A stretch of DNA of 64,000 nt from Nymphaea colorata (lineage: Eukaryota), in assembly GCF_008831285.2 (NCBI RefSeq), contig NC_045138.2, forward strand, positions 26,040,001 to 26,104,000. Reading direction: 5' to 3'. This document shows, piece after piece, positions 61,979-64,000 of the stretch. Position 1 is the stretch's first letter, and the number at the start of each line of letters is the position of its first letter. The notes under the pieces were generated by a model, which was not told the DNA's origin, searched no databases, and saw nothing but the letters and a program-made list of their open reading frames with translations. Both the position numbers and the translations under genes were made by a program.

Positions 61979-63629
61979 TTGTATTGACAAGTTGAATACT
62001 AGGATCAAACATTAAAAGTATATTCATTATTATAAAATACAGCTCAAAGAGATGGTAGTTCTTCAATAGGAGGTGGCCATCTGCACATGGAAGTTCAACG
62101 TCAGTGTCACATCTTCATCCACTTTGAGACTTCTTCCATATGTCTTGTCCAATAGAATACCCAATTGCCAAGGAATCAATCAACAAGGAACAACAGGCAA
62201 CCAACATGATTCTTTATTAAATTGAGGATGAACTTGACAAATACTCTTCATTTCAATATAATACCACTTATTCCTTCAGCATACATATTGAAATCACCTA
62301 TGAGGTAAATATCATTCTTTGATAGGCATATCATAACATTTGATGTTAATGAATGCACATAAAGAATCATGGTGGAACGAATAATGGATCCAAACTTTTC
62401 AGTTCTTGTAGCCTGTTAGTCATGAACAACTCAGTCACTCAACTCAAATGTGGTTTCTCTCTCTAATAAATAGAAACTATGAGCAGGTATGTCAACCTTG
62501 GCGATCGATCTTATATGGAAGATCTTACAATATCTAATAGATGCAAGCTAGTTAAAAATGTTATCTAAACATGTGGGCTCTTACTATCATTATACAAAGG
62601 ACTATTATGGCCTAAATTATGTTAAATTGATGCATTAATTCCATGCTGAAAATAATTATTACTATGTCTTTGTACATAGTCGTGAAAAGCAAAACTTTAT
62701 ATGACAAAGTTGTCGATGGGAATGAGATTTGTAGCAAGAACTTCAAACATGTAAAGTGTTTTGTTGAATTACGAAGAAAAAAGATGCGGCTAAATCAAAT
62801 GTAAGTAAAAAAAATGAAAAAGAAAAGTTAAAGTAGGCGACAACATATGGCCCGGTTCACCAAAAAAGGCAATAATCCGGCAGTGGAAGGAGGTGGCGGA
62901 CTGGACCTTTAAAGTTCATAATGAACCACAAAATAAACTTAATAGCCTCAATTAAATTAAGGTTAAGGGTATGATAGCGATTCACAAGTAACACGAAAGA
63001 TCTCTTTGCCGTCACGAATGAGGAATGTTTGAAAGAGAAACAATCCGAAGAGTGAAGATGCAAGCAAGAAGCCATTTGACCGATTATCAAATTTTCATCA
63101 AAATAAGCTTTTAAGTTTTTTTCCCCCCTTAAATTACAGTAACAAATAAATAAATTAATTCACTTCAGTTTGCATACTTGATCAAAACGAAGGTTACCAG
63201 ACAAGCAATCCCATCAAAATTTAATTATACGGGCATCAGTTTTTCAGACACTACATGAATTTTATACTTCTTATGATGAAGGAAATGCATAAACAAATCT
63301 ACTGCTGCTTTTCAATGGGGGTTAACTTATAATTTAACGTTTGGATTGTTTGAAAAAGTAGATTTTATAGCCAATTCGATGATGATAAGAAGGTGGATGA
63401 GGTGATGATGATGATGGCAATGACGATGATGATTATATCTATCGTCTGATTGCTAACCAATAAGGTTAGAAGCGGGCATTTCGGGGTTACACACTTGGGC
63501 CTGAAGCAAACCAGAAAGGGAGGCCGCAAGGGGTCTCAGAATCTGGTTTAGTTCTTACCAGGAGTGTCTGGATTTAGAATCCAAGCATTGTTCTTTGAGA
63601 TTCGCGCTCTAAATTTTTGGGGTGTTCTT

Positions 63630-63996
63630 GCCGTGCTTCAACCAGTCAACGCTGCAGACTCCGTGATCTTTTCCTCCCGATTTCACCCTCCCTTTCAACT
63701 CTACCGTTACTGTTTCCAAGGTGAGCCACTCCATCTTCTCAACCCGATCAAAGAATTCCGGTATTATCACTGAGTCTAGATCAAATACGAATTTGTTGCT
63801 ATTTGGTTTGTTGGTATTCTTTTATTTGCTTTTCCTGTTTTTGATAGGATTCTTTTGTTCTTGCCCTATTGGTTTGGTGAGCATAACTCTTTCTGTTTCT
63901 TACTTCCTTTTCCATTCCATGGTATTGGTGGGCGTTGATTCGATTAGGGATTCGGAGGACTGATAGTTTCCTGTGAAGATCGGCAAGCAATCGGAG
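63630..63996 (+). other. Possible 5' leader exons of a gene continuing past the window
   Basis: Site-II-like tgggcc at ~63497, a pyrimidine-rich leader, and donor-like sites ccaag|gtgagc (63720) and cggag|gtaa (63996). No coding evidence. Confidence 0.3.
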
Positions 63997-64000
63997 GTAA

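Overview
Eukaryotic, intron-rich flowering-plant nuclear DNA; the species cannot be fixed from the sequence alone. Gene models were built by hand from GT-AG junctions and reading-frame continuity. Genes in order: the 3' part of an organellar translation initiation factor IF3-like gene (+, 1-7297); an intronless PLS-E-DYW PPR gene (+, 8697-10916); tRNA-Asp(GUC) (-, 12206-12277); a Phi-class GST (+, 17836-19116); a GTE/BET bromodomain gene (+, 24082-~27000); a DNA-3-methyladenine glycosylase I (TAG) family gene (+, 34057-36155); a ~2300-aa CHD3-type remodeler CHR4/PKR1 (-, 42894-53572); and probably the 5' end of another gene near 63.6 kb. Introns and intergenic DNA hold a decayed hAT transposase, hAT- and Tourist-type MITEs, microsatellites and local tandem duplications. 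The most unusual observations are: (1) a three-LTR TRIM array in which one tRNA-Met primer-binding site is replaced by a ~60-nt 5S rRNA fragment, outside the LTR and antisense to the element, unlike Cassandra; (2) an unrecognised miRNA-like hairpin at ~14950-15035; (3) a -1 frameshift that removes the GTE C-terminal DVEEGEI motif; (4) a Phi GST with precise loss of intron 1 and no catalytic Ser/Cys; (5) a decayed duplicate of the first CHR4 coding exon.
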